From Paraspadella gotoi (taxonomy: Eukaryota > Animalia > Chaetognatha): a stretch of 64,000 nucleotides of DNA. A program made the position numbers and the translations under genes. The stretch lies in NCBI GenBank assembly GCA_051294375.1, contig CM119269.1, forward strand, positions 5,405,609 through 5,469,608. The letters run 5' to 3'. This document shows positions 12,501-24,500 of the stretch, piece after piece. Below the pieces are notes generated by a model. That model ran no database searches. It was not told the DNA's origin and was given only the letters and a program-made list of their open reading frames with translations. Within the stretch, counting starts at the first letter, position 1; each line of letters begins with the position of its first letter.

Positions 12501-15500
12501 CTTGGTCATTCACAATGGTAAAACGCAAAACGTAAAAAGTAACTGAGCGAGCCACTACTTACCCCATGCTCCAAACGTCGATCTTGGCACCGTATCTTTC
12601 TTCGCCCAGCAGTAATTCCGGGGGTCGATACCACAACGTGATAACCTTAAATTCATTCCGTAAACTTCAGTTGTTTGATACGTTAGGATGTGAGTGATAC
12701 CAACTGACCCGATTAGTGTAGGGCCTCGTCTCCTCCCCGTTGTAAAGCCGTGCCAATCCAAAATCCGCCAATTTGCATTGACCCCTAAAAACCAAATATA
12801 AATTATAATTTTAACCCATTAAACAAATATCCAAACAACCACTAAAACAATGGATTAATTAAACAAAACAATCAAACTAGTCAACCAACAACGAAAGAGA
12901 AAAAAAATTATGAAACAATCCATTCACAATCAGGATATTCAACATTCCACCAATCATCCAATCAATCAAACCTGTTGTTCATGAGTATGTTGGAACACTT
13001 AATATCCCTGTGCAGGAAGTTCTTGCTGTGACAGTAAGCGAGACCTTCCAGAAGTTGGCGCATGATGCTGGCGATGTGCTCCTCGGTGAAGTCGACCAAC
13101 CCTGACTCCAGGAGACCCATCAGGTCGTGGTCCATGTACTCGAAAACAAGGTAAAACGATCCACGATCCTTAAAAGAAGATTGGTAAGATACTTATTTAT
13201 ATTTAGTTATTCATTTATCCATTTATTTACTTTCACAACATGAGGGTACAATTTCTATCGAGAGTTAATTTCAAATTGAACTCGGCATATAAACGAAAAA
13301 AATACAAATATTAAAGTTTTTTAGAAAAAGTAAGGTTGCAGTTTAGCTAGTGATAAAAGAATTTAACTTTTTTAAAACAGTCACGACATCAATGTGTAGT
13401 GGTAGTATTTCATACCCCACTACTCGTACGATTACCTGGCGAAAGTCTAGTGGGTCCCTTTTGTCCGTGCATATTTCTTTGAGATTGACGATCGATTTGT
13501 GATTCATCTGTCGGAGAATCTTTATTTCCCGAACCTAAACAAAAGAGCAAACGGGTGGAAAACACTGAGATTGAATTGTATTCCCAGACAGGCCATATGA
13601 CATGAACATTTAACAATTTAACATTAAACAAAAACTCACCGCGGTGATTGGAAAACCTTCTCTTTCGTTTTCCAGTCGGACGCGTTTTAGGGCAACCAAA
13701 GTCTCTGCATAAAAAGAATAATGAAAATAATGACAAAACGAAAAGCCTGTCCCAAGTGAGGGGACAAGATAGTTTATTTATTGTAATTTTATATTGGTTG
13801 TACCAATTATGAAAGTGAATAAAATTGAAAATTAATGAAATAATTAATGCACGATAATTATTAAACCTATTTATTTATCTAGTATTCTACTATTAGTACC
13901 TTTGCCCTTGTCGTCCAAAACCTTGGCTTTATAAACTTGCCCATAAGTCCCCTCACCGATCTGATCGAGAACTTCATAATCATCGACGCATCTGAAAATG
14001 TAGCAAAAATAAATCGTAAATTGAATATGAAAATGCAAGAAAATTCTTCTTTTCACGAGCAAAATGAACTGACTTTTCTCCCCATCTGAGGCGAGGCCGG
14101 TTGAGACGACGCGCGAGAAGTTTTGGAGGTCTCAAGTCAATTTTCTTTTGGGCCAAATCCTTAAAGAGACGAAATCAGAAAACGAAATTATTTTAAATAT
14201 ATTGAACCAAACAAAACGTAAAGTATCTAATTTCTGAATAATAAAGCGCCCCAATAAATCCAAACCACACTACATCGTCACTATTTGAAATCCGCCGATA
14301 TAAAAAAATTCACCACACGAATTGTTTTTTTGTTTTTCTGAAATAAAAAACAATTTGACAATTCACCAGACGAAAGAAATGATATCTACATAAAAAATGA
14401 GGTCTTGTCTCTAAGTATCTCTTTTAAAAATGTTAAAATCTCTTCACGTTTTCGTTTAGCGAATTTTTGTTTCTAGCGGCGGTTTTAAATAGTCACTATT
14501 TCCGAAAAGAGAACTTCTATTTTATTACTACATATATACATAAAAAAATCTTATATATACCCGATCCTTGTGCGGCGAATTATCATGGGGTGGAGTGAGA
14601 CCATCCTCTTCAGACATCGGCGGCATGGGGAAATCGTGAATTCGAGATTTGCGTCTAGAAAAAGAACCAAAAACTTTTGCATCACCTTTTAAAATTTTCA
14701 GTTTGAGAATTTTTTTCTCAGAACCAGATGTAAAAAATTAAGCATGATACTTATTAGTTAATGACCTTCGTCCCACTGTTCAACTTACGCATCTCTGGCA
14801 GACCTGAGGTGAGGACTGTTGTAACCGTTAGTGGGTCTACGCGACGGGTCTCTGGGCGGTGAGGCTTGGTGAGGAAGGCGGTTCGAGGGCGTTAACGGAG
14901 CGTGCTGTTGAGAATCTCACCTCATTAGCAAAAATGATTAATTTACAGCATCAACTAGTAAACCAACTCGTAGTAGTAAACTAGTAATTCACTAGTAGTA
15001 ATAGTAGTAGTAAATAGTAAACTACTAGTAGTAGAATTTTACTAGTAGTACTAGTAAACTAGTAATATATTTAAATTGTGATCATTTGTTAAATTCTAAA
15101 TTAAAAGCGATTGACGTAGAGACGCTCACCCGCCCGTCAGCGTCCCTCTTGGAATCTCTCTCTGGCCAAAATCGATCCCAGCACCCGTCGTTGTTGTTCT
15201 CCAGATTGTTCTTGTCGAGTAGACGCTCCCGCCTCTCGAGCGGCGCCCGCGACGCCAGACGCTCCTCCAATTCAACGTCAGTCCAGGATTGCAGCGCCGA
15301 CGGAGGGGGCGGGGTGGGAGAGGGGGCGTAGACTCCGTTATTGAACGGAGGCGCTGGAAGTGGGTAGGGGCATCGCGGGGGTAAGGCAGAAAGGCGGGGG
15401 GAAATAAGGCTGGATCCTGAGGATGGCGGGGAGGGTGGGGGGCGGGGAGAATCAATCGGCGCGGGCGGCGGCGCAGTGTCTGGTTTAAGATCGGTGCAGG

Positions 15501-18500
15501 GAACGCCGCCGACAGGCTCGGCTGGCGGTGGTGCGATGAGGAGAGGCGGGGGGGGCGGGGTGAGGGTCGCCGGAAAAGGGCTTCACGTCAGAGTGTTTCT
15601 CTTCTAATTTCACGTCGGCGAGGGCGGCGTCCTTGGAGGATTTTCCCGCGTCCTGTTTCTTTACGGATTTCTTGAGATCTGTCTTTGACTTCGAGGGAGT
15701 TTGAAGGTGACTGTCGCGCGGGTTTGTCATCTGGAGAATTCGGGTTGAATTGAAACGGGTAGATAAAAGAGAAAAGGCACTTTTAAATTCAATATTAAAA
15801 CAGCCAACCGTAGAATTATTCCTATTCGTTATTGTAAATTTTCTTTTTTTCATTAATTAATAAAAGACATACATAGTAAGTCGTGACTCATGAGTTCGTT
15901 TCTTACTTCAATCGTTAAATGGAATAGAAAAGTCAATCCAAAATATGTTCCAATATGCAAATTAGCGGATCATAAATGTGTTTGTTCTCCAAAGTAGACC
16001 AATAAATGTCAAACAAACATGGTTGTCATCAAAACGTAACAAAACGAAGTATACAAACAAAAATAGTAACGAACTAAAGTTTATTCCGGCAAAAGTTCTC
16101 TCATCCAAATAAAAGGACAATCAGACTGACCCATTTGGCAGACCTCATTATGATATTAAATATACATTTATAAATTAACAATAGCACATATAAGAGATGA
16201 ACTTGGAAAATGAGAATGAACTCATCAATCTCATACGTAGGCGTGTCGACATTGTCTTAACATTAATACAGTACCCGTGTCATTTTAGGTCTCAATTTAT
16301 GAATTAATTCTTAGTTTAGCTATTTATGATAATGACTAATTAGTGAGTATGACATTTTGTAAGATCAATTAATACCTAAACAAATTTAACATTATAATTA
16401 AAATATAAACCAACCGTAATGTATTTACCCAGATATGCAACAAAAACAGAACTTTTCAAAATTCATATCTTAATAAAACATTAACATTTCATTTTAAGAT
16501 CAAATGAATCAAAAATCATAACTGTTTTAGTTTCTGGTATCAATTTAACAAAAACTCCAGCCGGCAGACAAAGTTTTCAGGTTAAGAAGCACGGCACAAT
16601 TTTTTGTTAAAAATTTACCAATACATTCTTAACTTCTGTTTCCAGTTTATAACTTTATTGATACTTTCAGCTTTAGGATGGAGAAGGGTAACTTTTCAAT
16701 ACATATAACCTTAGAACTAATTATTAAATGTTTTAGACGAGATATACACTCCAAAAAGCTTTTCCTTGGGGCTGCCCCCTGGGGCAGTCGAGCCCTGGGG
16801 GAAAGATTTTTAATCATTTAAGGGCACCCCTAATGCAACATACCTAGTGGTGACCCCAAGGGACTACCGCTTGGTGAATAGATTTTTGTCTTTTAACAAG
16901 GGCTAATCCTTTTTGGGAACAATAAAAAAAATTTCACCTTGGGATGAGAGAAAATGGGTAGAATAATTTTAAACAAATGAAACCAGGCTTTTAAAATTTA
17001 TTCTTCACAAAATCTTCCTACATATAAATAGAAGAAATTTGTTTTGTTTATATAAAATAAAAACAAATAAAATTTCCTGTATCACCTCATCAGTGTTTAA
17101 GCAGCTTGATGATGAGAATATATATCTAAATTTTTAGCTTCATACAATTACAAATAATATTAAAAATAGATGACAGTGACTCCATTTATTGGGCCCATCG
17201 TCACATAATCGTTGAAATCGCCAGCGATTGCGATGAAAAAAATTTTAAATTTTATTATTTTATAATGATATTACTATAAAAAAATTAATTTATGATACTG
17301 TTATCACTCCACCCTAATGGTTAATATCTTATTACAAACTCATAGGGTAGAAAATAATTTTTAACCATGTGTTGTATAGATGCTCTATTTTCAGAAGACA
17401 ACACTAACATCCCTCTCACTATCATAATTAAATATTGAAAAGACGAGTAAATAGATCATAAATAGATTTTAAATAAATTTAAAATAAATTTAATTTTATA
17501 TTCAACTTTTTTACAATTTAGTTTAATATTGAAAAACAACTAATTTTACAATTTTTATATTATATCTAACTACATATATAAAATTATATAAGTAATTCAC
17601 GTTATCTAACTTTAACTTTTCCATTTCATTTTTTTCGTAAACCTTATGTGAAAACTGGAGTGGTGGAAACGTTCTTTGTTATAGTAATCGTCGTCACCGA
17701 GAAGTATCGACGTAGTTATTGTGGTTGTTGGCGTCGTCGGTCCAAAGCGAATGAAAGCGGTTTAGAGGCTGACCTATGAGCTTGAGGTCAACCATCTGCC
17801 TCAGCCGAAAATCGGACAATCGACTTTCATGAGGCATGAGTACAGTACTGACTTTCAGAATATCCCGAACATCATAGAAGAATATATTCGCGATTCTATT
17901 GAAAACATGTTTAAAAATTTGCAGCTTTCAAAAAGTAAATAAAATTGATCAGCAAGTAAGATATCAATAGAAGATAACTTTCCAAATAAAGTCTTTCACC
18001 AATATTCTAGAGGAGCCAAGGCTGTAGATGTTATCAACGAAGGTTTGATTTTTTTGGGGAAAAAACTGGGTCAAGAATAAAAGAAGCCTGAAATCCGAGA
18101 TCTCCCTCCGAGGCCGTTGCCCTAAACCATCACTGACCCTTTAACATATTTCGGAATGACCCAACCCAAGTTTGAGCAAGACAAACAGCGGATTATTCCG
18201 GAGAGGTTATACATGAAGGAAACCTTACTTTCTTTTTTTTCTCCAAAACTTAGTTTTGAAAATTTTCTAATGTTTTCAATTTTGCAATTTTTCCTTGTCT
18301 CACGACCTTTCCGAAGGAACAGCCAGAATCACCATTCTTATTGAATAAATTATACGGCTTGCGTCCTGAAATCGACCAGCCGACTAAGGTCGGCGCATCG
18401 GCCGAGTCGGCATTAACCTTTGTTACCCTCTTTCCTCAGATGCCAAGCCCTATCGCGATTGACCACTCGCTTCTGTCCTTGCAGATTTGAAACAAAGATA

Positions 18501-21500
18501 AACGCAGGCATGGGATTCAAGCTGTGTTCCGGCGAGTCAAATGGTCAAACGATTTCCACAGTGAATTTTTCTCATTGATAAAATTATTTAATAATTTTTA
18601 AATAAAACAATTGAAATATAATATAACATTTTAATAATAATTTTGAATTTAATAATGATTAAATTATTAATATTAATTTATTTTAATTTAATAAAATATT
18701 ATAAAAAGTATAATAATTATATTAATATTTTTATATTTTTTAATAATAAAATTTGAACATTTTATTCATTATAATTTTAAACAGTTACTTATAACAATAT
18801 AATAATACTTTATAAAATGCGAACGACCATTGACCATTTTTACAATGGCATTGTAAAAATTATTCATTCAGTTCTAAACTGAAGACCGATTATCCCCAAT
18901 CGGCGATTCACTGTGCTCGCTCACGCGACAATCGATGAATTCGGCGACGAGGGGTCACAGAGCATTGACCTCTCACTTCCAAAACCTAATTTCCATTGTC
19001 GCACGTTCAAGTTACAGAAACATCAAGCGCGGACATAAGACCCCTACGAAATAAAGAAAATTTTTTCCCTTATTTTCATTTTAAACCGATATTCACAGTT
19101 CTATATTCTTTTAATTTTGATCAAAACTCTTTATCATCTCCTTCGCGATTTGACCATTTCAAGTGGCTCAGTCGGACGCGTGTCCATTGGGCAACGGTTG
19201 TCAAACCTCGGATCACAATGAATCCCTCGAAAGAAAGCCCGCCTCCCGCTCACGCGGGTTATCAACCGGGTCATGACCTTACGTCATTCGGGCAGCAACG
19301 TGACGACCACAAAATATATTACGACCAACCCTTGGATTTTTCGCTCAGGCGGAGTTCATCACACGAATTGGGTGAGTGTTAAATGGGGCAGCGGCGGGGG
19401 CGTAAAGCGTGACCGCGGGAAAATTAATCGCTTAAACTTATTACAGGAATATTAATATCTATTAAGGTTTTTTTTAATACTTTTATTAGTTCTTCCGTTG
19501 CATTCATTGTAAATAACTGAAATTGTACAATACATTTTTTTTCAATTTTTTCCCCCGTCTCTTTAACTTTTCCTTCTTACTACGAGGATTTGTCTCTTAC
19601 TTTCTCTACTATGAGCATTTTCCCTTTCTATAGAAATCTGCTCTTCTGTCTGCGCCCACTAGATCTTTACTAGCACCTGCTCTTCAACAAAATAGCAAAT
19701 CTTTACCCGATTTAATTTTAATAAATAAAGCATTTTGGAAAATAAAATATAAATCAATATTAGTTTAAATGTTTAAATATTAGTCCCAATGGTACTGTCG
19801 GTTAACTTTTACATATTGTGCGGAACTTTGTTATTAAATGTTATTTCTTAAAAGACAATGTCAAAGATAAGTTCTTATGATACTATATTTCGAATTCTAT
19901 TTTTATCAGTTTTTCTTTGCAGAACATTCAAATTAAATGAATCATCATTTTTCACTTTTTGGATTTTTTTGCTAATTTTTTTTACTTTAAAATAAATTTT
20001 ATTAAAAATTTTGTAAAAAAATATTTTGAATATACATAAATTAAATTTTAATTTGTATAAAATAAGTGCATTAATAAAAATTAAAAACTATATAAAAATT
20101 TATGAAAATATGCTAATTAATTTGATATTTAAATTTTATTATTTTAAGTTGTGAGCGATTGAATCATTAAGCCAGAACAAAATGGTTGCTATTTATTCAA
20201 TAAATTATTATTAAATCAATTAAAAAAGTAATACGAACAAGGCAAGTAGATATTTTAAAATAATGATTACTGCATTATAAAAGCTCTGGAGCTAAAAATA
20301 TAAAGTATAAATAAATATAAATATAAAATCTAAAGAAACGATTTAAAACATTATTTAATCAATATTATAAAAAATCTTAAAAGCATAAGGATTGTCGCAG
20401 TCGCATAAAAAAAATCTGGATTGACGACAAATGTTGATACTAAAATAAAATTTAAAAAAAAAAAATTTCTAAACAAAGAAAAATTCAATTTTGCGATTGT
20501 GAATTAAAATAAATAATAAAGTACCGAAGAAAATTAAAGTTAGTTTCTGAAAAAAAAGTTTTATTATCAAAAAATCAACTGATCACTGATCAGCAGACAG
20601 AGTCCCTGATAAAAAAAAACGAAATAAAAACCCGATGTTGCGATAGCAAAATGATAACATGCACGGATGCGATGCCCAATTTTACGAGTTAAATCCTAAT
20701 TCAATTTTTTTTTAATAAAAACGCAGAGAGAGAGAGAAAAAAAAAAGAAATCAAAAGGCAGCAGCAGAAGCAGCAGGAGAAAAGAGAGAAAAAGAGAGAG
20801 CCCCTGCAGAGCCAGCTGCAGACTCAAAAGTAAACCTTGCCAGAAAATTTGAAGTTTGTGATCTAGCTTAGCAGTAGGGCTCAAAATGAGCTTCATACAT
20901 GCGCGGATGTTTTACAATATGCCAACTTTTCAAAAAATGCTGAAAAACTGAAAAAATTAGGGCATTTCTTCAATATCTCGAAGGGCATTAAGTATACTCA
21001 AACGAAACCAGTTTTAATCATTAAAGTGTAAAAAACTGTATAATGTACAGTGTACATGTTGGACACCTTACTTGATGAATTAAGTGCATTTTCTATTAAA
21101 TGGTGATTTTTTAATAATCTATGTTTTGTATTTTTTATCAAAAATTTTATAAAAGGGTTATTTTTTAATATTTCTTAAAAAGCTTGCTTTATAAATTTAT
21201 GTAACTCTTTATAAACAGATAATTGGCTAATTCTTGGTAGCAATATTTTTTAAAAATTCTTATCGGTTTATGAATTATGATTTTTTTAAATTAAAAAAAA
21301 TATTTAAAATTATTTTTTCTGAGCTGCAGCAATCAATATATTGAAACTTATTGAAGCATAAGCATTACAATGGAGTATGATTTTATTTTACACCTATCTC
21401 ATACAAACAGAAAAAGGGACAAAACAAAATTTATAGTAGTAATTATGCCGGAAATCATGCTAACAAAAATTAATTATTCTACTAATAAGCCATAATAAAT

Positions 21501-24500
21501 CTTACATTTTTCATGCTATATAAATTTAGGTAAGTTTTGACTCGGATATATTTAACTATTTTTTATATAAAAAATTAAAAATAATATACTTTTTTATTCA
21601 TATATAAATCGTTTTATAATATTATAAAATTAAATTACAAATTTGTTGGAAATTCAAACCATTGTCTTTATCAAATTCATCTTTTATGAACAAAAAAAGT
21701 GATGTTATTAAAATAATAAAAAAATTTTGATGATTATTCTCGAAAGTTCTATAAAGAATTATTAGAATTAAATTTGGTAAGTTTATAAAATTATAACCAG
21801 TAATATTATTATAATTTTTTATATATATGAATTAATATTAATTTAATTAGCACATCGATGATGAAAAGCTGTATATAAATTTTCACCCAAATTTAATCAT
21901 AAAAAATCTTAAAAGCATAAGGATTGTCGCAATCGCATAAGAAAAATCTGGATTGACGACAAATTTTCAAAAAAAAATTTTCTAAAAAAATCAAATTTGA
22001 GGGAAAAAAAATAATTGGCAATCCTGGAGATCAATACCCTCTGGGAAAACGAAGAGCAAGGTTTTTTTTAAAGAGTTAACGGAAAAAAGAAAAGGAACGG
22101 AAGAGGATAATCATTTCGGGGAAAAAAAATAAAAAATTCGGATATCATAATTTTTTAAATTTTTGTTATATGAAATTGGTACAACCAATATATATTTGGG
22201 TAAAAATTAAGGTTACAATAAATTTTTTGTTAAAAATAAATTAAGAATAAGTATAGGTTAACTAGAAAAATAAAGTAAGGTTAAAAATAAGTTAGGGGTA
22301 AGTTAAGGTTAAGGGTAAGTTAGGGGTAGAAGTAAGTTTAGGTTAAGGGTAAGTTAAAGGTAAAATTAAATTTAAAATTAAGTTTTGGCTTAAGTATACA
22401 ATAATTTAATATTTCAAAAAATATTTAAATATTAATAAATTTATAAAAAATATAATAATATTTATAAAGTAACAGTTTTTATTTATGATTACAATGGTAA
22501 TTAAATAATTCGGAGAGAGTGAGAGATATCAAAGTTAAAATTACCTCTCTCTCTATCTTTCAAAGTTAGTATTCAAATATTTATTAAAACTGGTTGATGA
22601 AAGTTAAAAAAACAAGAACCAAAACATATCCAAATTATTAAATGATCGTGGTTATTACAAATAAAAACTTATTTTATAAATATATATCAAAAGCAATGAA
22701 AAAAAAATTATAATTACATTTTTTTAAAGAAAAAAAAATTTTTCTATAAAGAAACAAACTTTATTTTTTCTTCTTCTTTATGGGAAAAAACCATAAGCCT
22801 CCAGAGGTAATTCAACTCCGGGATCGCCAAAAAATATTATTCTGATTGATATTTAGAATATTTAGGAAAAAAAATCCACGAGAATCTCGGATGTAAATTT
22901 GGGAATAAATGGCGATAATAAAAGTTTTTAGAAGAAAAAAATTAATCAGAGAGATAGAGAGAGAGAGAGAAAGCCAAATCGTTTTCAGACGAATCAGCAG
23001 CGGCAGCAGCAGAAGCACCCAGAAAAAAAGAAAGAAATCAAAAAGCAGCAGCAGGAGAAAAGAAAGTAAGAGCCCCTGCAGAGCCAGCTGCAGAGAATGT
23101 AATCAAAAAGCAGCAGCAGCAGGAGAAAAGAGAGAAAAAGAATAAGCCCCTGCAGAGCCAGCTGCTGACTCGTTTTTTTTCCTTTCTCTATGAATCAGTG
23201 ACTAGGGAAAAGAGAGAGGGAGAGAGACATATAATTAAAAGAGAAAAGAGAGAGGGAAAAAAATATAAAAATAAAAGAGAAAAAATTTGTTTGTTTTGAT
23301 AAAATGTAAACAAAACATATTTAATAACTGTCCAGATTAAATTTTAAGCACATCGATGATGAGAAGCTGTATATAAATTTATTTTTTAATTTTATACATT
23401 AGTAGGCACCAGTAAGCTATATTTATATATATTAGTTATATTAGTTATATATTATTATATAATAGGCTAAAATTTCAAAATGCAAATTTTTAAATTTTAA
23501 GACCGGATTTGGATTCCTCGTTAAAAGTTGATATAAGAAAGTAAAATTCTTTTTTAAAAACTCTTTCATTAAGTTGGTCCAAAATATAAAAAACTATATT
23601 TACAATGCCAATTTTTAATTTCCAGCTTAAAAATAGTTTTTTTATAATTTTAACCTACTTATTAAAAAAGTTTTTTAAAAAAGAATTATACTTTCTTATA
23701 TCAACTTTTAACGAGGAATCTGAATCTGTTCACAGAATTAAAAAAAAACTATTTTGAAATTTTTACATTATATAAAGGTATATATATATATACAAAATAA
23801 GCTGACTGGGCTACTATATTTGTAAAAATAAAATATAGATTAATATTTATTAATATAATTGTTTTCAAGATATAAATGCTAAATTTTGATTCCAAACCTT
23901 CACTTCACCCTACTCTCTCTCTCTTTCTCCCTCTCTTTTCTTCCACTTTTCCTTATCTCCTGACTTTTTCTCACTTTATTCTCCCTATTTGTATCTTTAC
24001 AGATCTATATAACTTAAATTCTATCCTAAAAAGTACTTACAACTATAAAAAAATCGATATGACCTATGCTCATTGAAAATTTTATTTTTCCTTTAAATTA
24101 CAAATTATCAAAAAAAGAAAAAAATCAGATTGTAGAAAAATCAAATAGCTACAAGCTGATTTTTTTGAAAATGCAAAATTTGTACCCTATTACCAGATCT
24201 AAAATTTTTAATGCTAAAAATCTTTTCAAAAATATTTTTTTCCTATTTTTTTAATAAATAAAAATGTTTATGGTATAGAAGTTGTAGTCTGAACAGTTTC
24301 AAAATATACACACATGGTCGAAATAACATGACCTAACTCAAAATGTCTTTTTTATTCTTTACCGCAATACATAAGGAACACAGTAAAAAAAGAAAGTCCA
24401 ATCTTGAAAAAGTGGGAAAAAAATTTGTCATTTTAGTTTTCAAACTGATTGATCTAAAACTTGACGTTTTTTTAATTCAAAATTATTAAATAATGGATCA

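Noticed and set aside
14955-15066. TAGTAG/CTACTA array resembling a repeat locus
   Set aside because: Low-complexity intronic repeat; no spacer structure, not CRISPR.
22280-22360. Telomere
   Set aside because: Short, degenerate and interstitial; lies inside a repeat element.
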